Origin: Hemiscyllium ocellatum
Taxonomy: Eukaryota
Assembly: GCF_020745735.1 (NCBI RefSeq)
Contig: NC_083445.1
Location: 1,488,001-1,552,000 of the forward strand
Direction: 5' to 3'
DNA: 64,000 nt
Of this stretch, positions 60,420 through 64,000 are shown piece after piece; positions within the stretch are counted from its first letter, which is position 1; each line of letters begins with the position of its first letter. The position numbers and the translations under genes were made by a program. The notes beneath the pieces were generated by a model, which saw only the letters and a program-made list of their open reading frames with translations, was not told the origin of the DNA and made no database searches.

Positions 60420-60688
60420 TTAGCACTGTTGCGTCACAGGTTTGATACCATCCACCGTGTGTGTGGAGTTTGCACATTGTCCCTGTGTCTGCATGGGTTT
60501 CCTCCTTGTCCTCAGGATTCCTCCCACGGTCCAAAGATATGCAGGTTAGGGTGGATTGGCCCTGGTAACTGTGAGGTTATGGTGATAGTACAGGAGGCTT
60601 AGTCTGGGTGTGATGTTCTTCAGGTAGTCAGTGCAGACTCAATGGGCCAAATGATCTCTTTCCGCACTGTAGGAATCCTTTGATTCTT
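60420..60688 (+). mobile_element. Old HE1/V-SINE copy
   Basis: V-domain GTGTGGAGTTTGCACATTGTCCCTGTGTCTGCATGGGTTTCCTCC. Confidence 0.75.
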
Positions 60689-60723
60689 TTTTTACATTCC
60701 TTTCTGGGCTAAGTTTTATTGAA

Positions 60724-61056
60724 GGGATGAACTCAGATTTCTCCAGTTTCCTCATTTCCCCTCCCCCCACCTTGTCTCAGTCAAATCCCTCGACCTCAGC
60801 ACCGCCCTCCTAACCTGCAATCTTCTTCCTGACCTCTCCGTCCCCACCCCACTCCGGCCTATCACCCTCACCTTGACCTCCTTCCACTTATCACATCTCC
60901 ATCGCCCCTCCCCCAAGTCCCTCCTCCCTACCTTTTATCTTAGCCTGCTGGACACACTTTCCTCATTCCTGATGAAGGGCTCATGCCCGAAACGTCGAAT
61001 TTCCTGTTCCTTGGATGCTGCCTGACCTGCTGCGCTTTTCCAGCAACACATTTTCA
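60724..61056 (+). mobile_element. PLE terminal-repeat insertion with 16-bp TSD
   Basis: Highly similar to 22018-22342. GCTAAGTTTTA(T/C)TGAA at 60708-60723 and 61057-61072. Confidence 0.88.
60965..61000 (+). ncRNA. Intact minimal type-I hammerhead ribozyme motif
   Basis: ATTC-CTGATGA-A-GGGC-TCAT-GCCC-GAAA-CGTC-GAAT: stem I AUUC/GAAU, stem II GGGC/GCCC, GUC cleavage triplet, palindromic ACGU stem III. Confidence 0.65.
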
Positions 61057-61884
61057 GCTAAGTTTTACTGAAATAAAGAGGCAATCAATTGTTTATTTTT
61101 CACCCCTTCTTCCCATCCCAATTTTATTATTATTAATTTTTATAGTAAAATAAATTTCCCCTCAATTATTGAACAACATTAGACTTCAAGTGAGTAATCA
61201 ATATCATCCTCACTCCAATCACAACCAGGAAAATCTCCGCCAACCCACAAAAATGCAGGAAAACTGAGAGGAATGGAAGGAATTCTGATTATAGCCAAAT
61301 TGGAAAATACCGAATCTATAAATACTGGAACCTCCATAAATCAGGTGAAGGACGAACATATTTTGCTGAGTTCTGTGGTCAGTTGTGGCAGAATCTGAGC
61401 ACAGGATGACCGTGTGTGTTCAATCCTCAGCTTCACAAAACCTGTCTACAGACTGTTGTCTACACCAAGAACCTGATTGATGAGGCTCCTCCAGTGTGTG
61501 TTCCAGCAAAGAGGCAGCACCTGATCCACAAGCTGCAAATATCCAGAAAACAGCAACGGGGTAGAGGCAGTTAAACACTGCAGGCAGGAGGATCCGTGAC
61601 AGCAAAAATCATTCTAAACCAATGAAGGTACCCGTAGTCTGGTCAGTCATTGCAGCAGAGGTGTCATGTGAAGCAATGACCTCTGTGTAACACAGCGATG
61701 GGGCACAGACTATTCCCAGGTCTGATTGACAGCAGGCAGAGACTCCCAGACACAGACATTCCAGGTGCTGTCACACACCTGGTGATGTATGGACTGAAGA
61801 AGTAGAAACAGACCTTGAAGGAGCAGACAGAAACCAGGAAACTAACTAGTATGGTAGAGACAGGAAACTAAATCAAAAACTCAG

Positions 61885-62680
61885 ATTCTCAGTGGGGTAG
61901 AGCTTTGCTAGGCATGAACTCGCTGTAGTACAGACACCCACACATAGGAACCTCTCACTGGGGGGATAGAGCCCTCCCCTACATACACTGACTGTCTCTG
62001 GGGTACACTCGCCCACACACACTGACTCTCACTAGAGTACAGCTCAGCTCCCACACACACCGACTATCACTGGGATACAATCCCACACACACCGACTCTC
62101 ACTGGGGTACAATCACATACTGTTTCTCGCTGGGTACAATCCAACACACACTGACTCTCACTGGGGTACAATCCCACACATAATGACTCTCATTGTGGTA
62201 CAGCTCCCACACACACTGACCCTCACTGGGGTACACTCCCACACACACTGACTCTCACTGGGGTACAGTCCCCACACACTGACTCTCACTGGGGTACAGC
62301 TCCCACACACACTGACCCTCACTGGGGTACAGCTCCCACACACACTGACTCTCACTGGGGTACAGCTCCCACACACACTGACCCTCACTGGGGTACAAGG
62401 TCCCATACACTGATTCTCAGTGGGGTACAGCTCCCCCACACACTGACCCTCACTGGGGTACAGCTCCCCCACACACTGACCCTCACTGGGGTACAAGGTC
62501 CCATACACTGATTCTCAGTGGGGTATATAGACCCCACACACGCATTGACTCTCACTTGGTTATGGGCCCCATAGACACACTGACTCTCACCGGGGTACAA
62601 GATCCCACATACGCGCTGACTCTCACTGGGGTACAAACCCCATACACACTGACTCTTACTCTGATACAATCCCTCATGCA
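61885..62680 (+). repeat. ~33-bp satellite, left arm of an inverted pair
   Basis: Unit CTCACTGGGGTACAGCTCCCACACACACTGACT. Confidence 0.9.
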
Positions 62681-63163
62681 ATGTAATATTAAATGTAATA
62701 ACCTGTCAATGTCTCCCCCCACTGCTCCCTGTCCCTTGAGTGTCAGATGAGGCTTTGTCTGCAGTGTGGTCTGTTGTTGGGTGCAAGTTATAATGTGGGG
62801 CTGGAAGAACAGTGTCTGTAATGGACTGGACAGACAGGAAATGTCTAATAAGGAAATCTGTTGATGATGTGCTGATGGCCTTACAGTATTGCTCCGAGTT
62901 TGCCAAAGAGCAGGCAGCTGGAATGTTTCAGCTATCAGAGGATTAGCTTGGATTAGAAGCTGACACACAGTGACTGTGATGAACAGTATTGACGATTGAT
63001 GAGTCTGTGCCCTGGTGGTTTGCTTTTTGAAAACTTTTTCTAGTTGGATTCCTGAATAACGGCGATGTTTACATTTGCAATTGTTTGCAGCACCCTAAGC
63101 AATGATGATGGGATTGTTTGGCAAACAGTTACATTAAAACCTGCTCGCTCATAAACTCAGCTA

Positions 63164-63925
63164 TGCATGGGGTCTGCACCCCAGTGAGAATTAGGATGTG
63201 TGTGGAGTCAGTGTGTGGGGGAATGTACCCCACTGAGAGTCAGTGTGTGTGGGAGCTGTATCCCAGTGAGGGTCAGTGTGTGTGGGAGCTGTACCCCAGT
63301 GAGGGTCAGTGTGTGTGGGAGTGTACCCCAGAGAGAGTCAGCGTGTGTGGGATTGTACCCCAGTGAGAGTCAGTGTGTGTGGGAGCTGTACCCCAGAGAG
63401 AATCAATGTGTGTGGGAGCTGTCCCCCAGTGAGAGTCAGTGTGTATGTGGGAGTGTACCCCAGAGAGAGTCAGTGTGTATGTGGGAGTGTACCCCAGAGA
63501 GAGTCAGTGTGTGTGGGAGTGTACCCCAGTGAGGGTCAGTGTGTGTGGGACTGTACCCCAGTGAGAGTCAGTGTGTGTGGGAGCTGTACCCCAGTGTGTG
63601 TGGGGGCTGTACCCCAGTGTGAGTCAGTGTGTGTGTGACTGTACCCCAGTGAGGGTCAGTGTGTGTGGGAGTGTACCCCAGTGAGGGTCAGTGTGTGTGG
63701 GAGTGTACCCCAGTGAGAGTCAGTGTGTGTGGGAGCTGTACCCCAGTGTGAGTCAGTGTGTGTGGGAGCTGTACCCCAGTGAGGGTCAGTGTGTGTGGGA
63801 GCTGTACCCCAGTGAGAGTCAGTGTGTGTGGGAGCTGTACCCCAGTGAGGGTCAGTGTGTGTGGGAGTGTACCCCAGTGAGAGTCAGTGTGTGTGAACAT
63901 GTGCTTGTCTGTACCCCAATAAGAG
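63164..63925 (-). repeat. ~33-bp satellite, right arm (reverse complement of the left arm)
   Basis: Unit AGTCAGTGTGTGTGGGAGCTGTACCCCAGTGAG. Confidence 0.9.
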
Positions 63926-64000
63926 TGATGTGCGCCCCCTCAATTTCATGTGGGATAGCTGTTCCAGGAGTAAAGGAAATGAAAAGGTATTTTGTTTCGA

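Noticed and set aside
62860-63120. C/D-box snoRNA-like TGATGA..CTGA motifs in the spacer
   Set aside because: No terminal stem, plausible box spacing or recognisable rRNA guide, and no known host intron.
56100-64000. 3' exons of GTF2F1, expected next to PSPN by human synteny
   Set aside because: I could not find its C-terminal coding sequence on either strand; only isolated minus-strand AATAAA motifs near 61.1 kb.

Overview
Eukaryotic, gene-dense and repeat-rich vertebrate DNA. The HE1-type V-SINEs, DeuSINE relics and CR1-clade LINEs point to a cartilaginous fish, most likely a shark (inference). Exons were assembled by hand from GT-AG boundaries and remembered similarity to human proteins. 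They give seven spliced genes: the last three exons of FBXW9 (+), a two-exon G-protein gamma subunit in the GNG14 position (-; absent from the ORF track), DHPS (+, 9 coding exons, 365 aa), WDR83/MORG1 (-, 9 exons, 316 aa), WDR83OS/Asterix (+, 4 exons, 101 aa), ALKBH7 (+, 4 exons, 221 aa) and a GDNF-family ligand, persephin (-, 2 exons, 189 aa). Almost all long ORFs in the track are artefacts of minisatellites or decayed retroelements. The most unusual pattern is that four minisatellites are built from the adjacent gene's own signals: promoter GC boxes (DHPS), a 5' splice site (DHPS exon 2), a stop codon (WDR83OS, producing a chain of TAATG-coupled mini-ORFs) and a start codon (ALKBH7). Other notable items are Penelope-derived minimal hammerhead ribozymes, a ~280-bp inverted duplication in WDR83 intron 3, a foldback-like inverted satellite pair at 62-64 kb, and predicted antisense overlaps DHPS/WDR83 and WDR83/WDR83OS. 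A 100-N assembly gap lies at 16488-16587.
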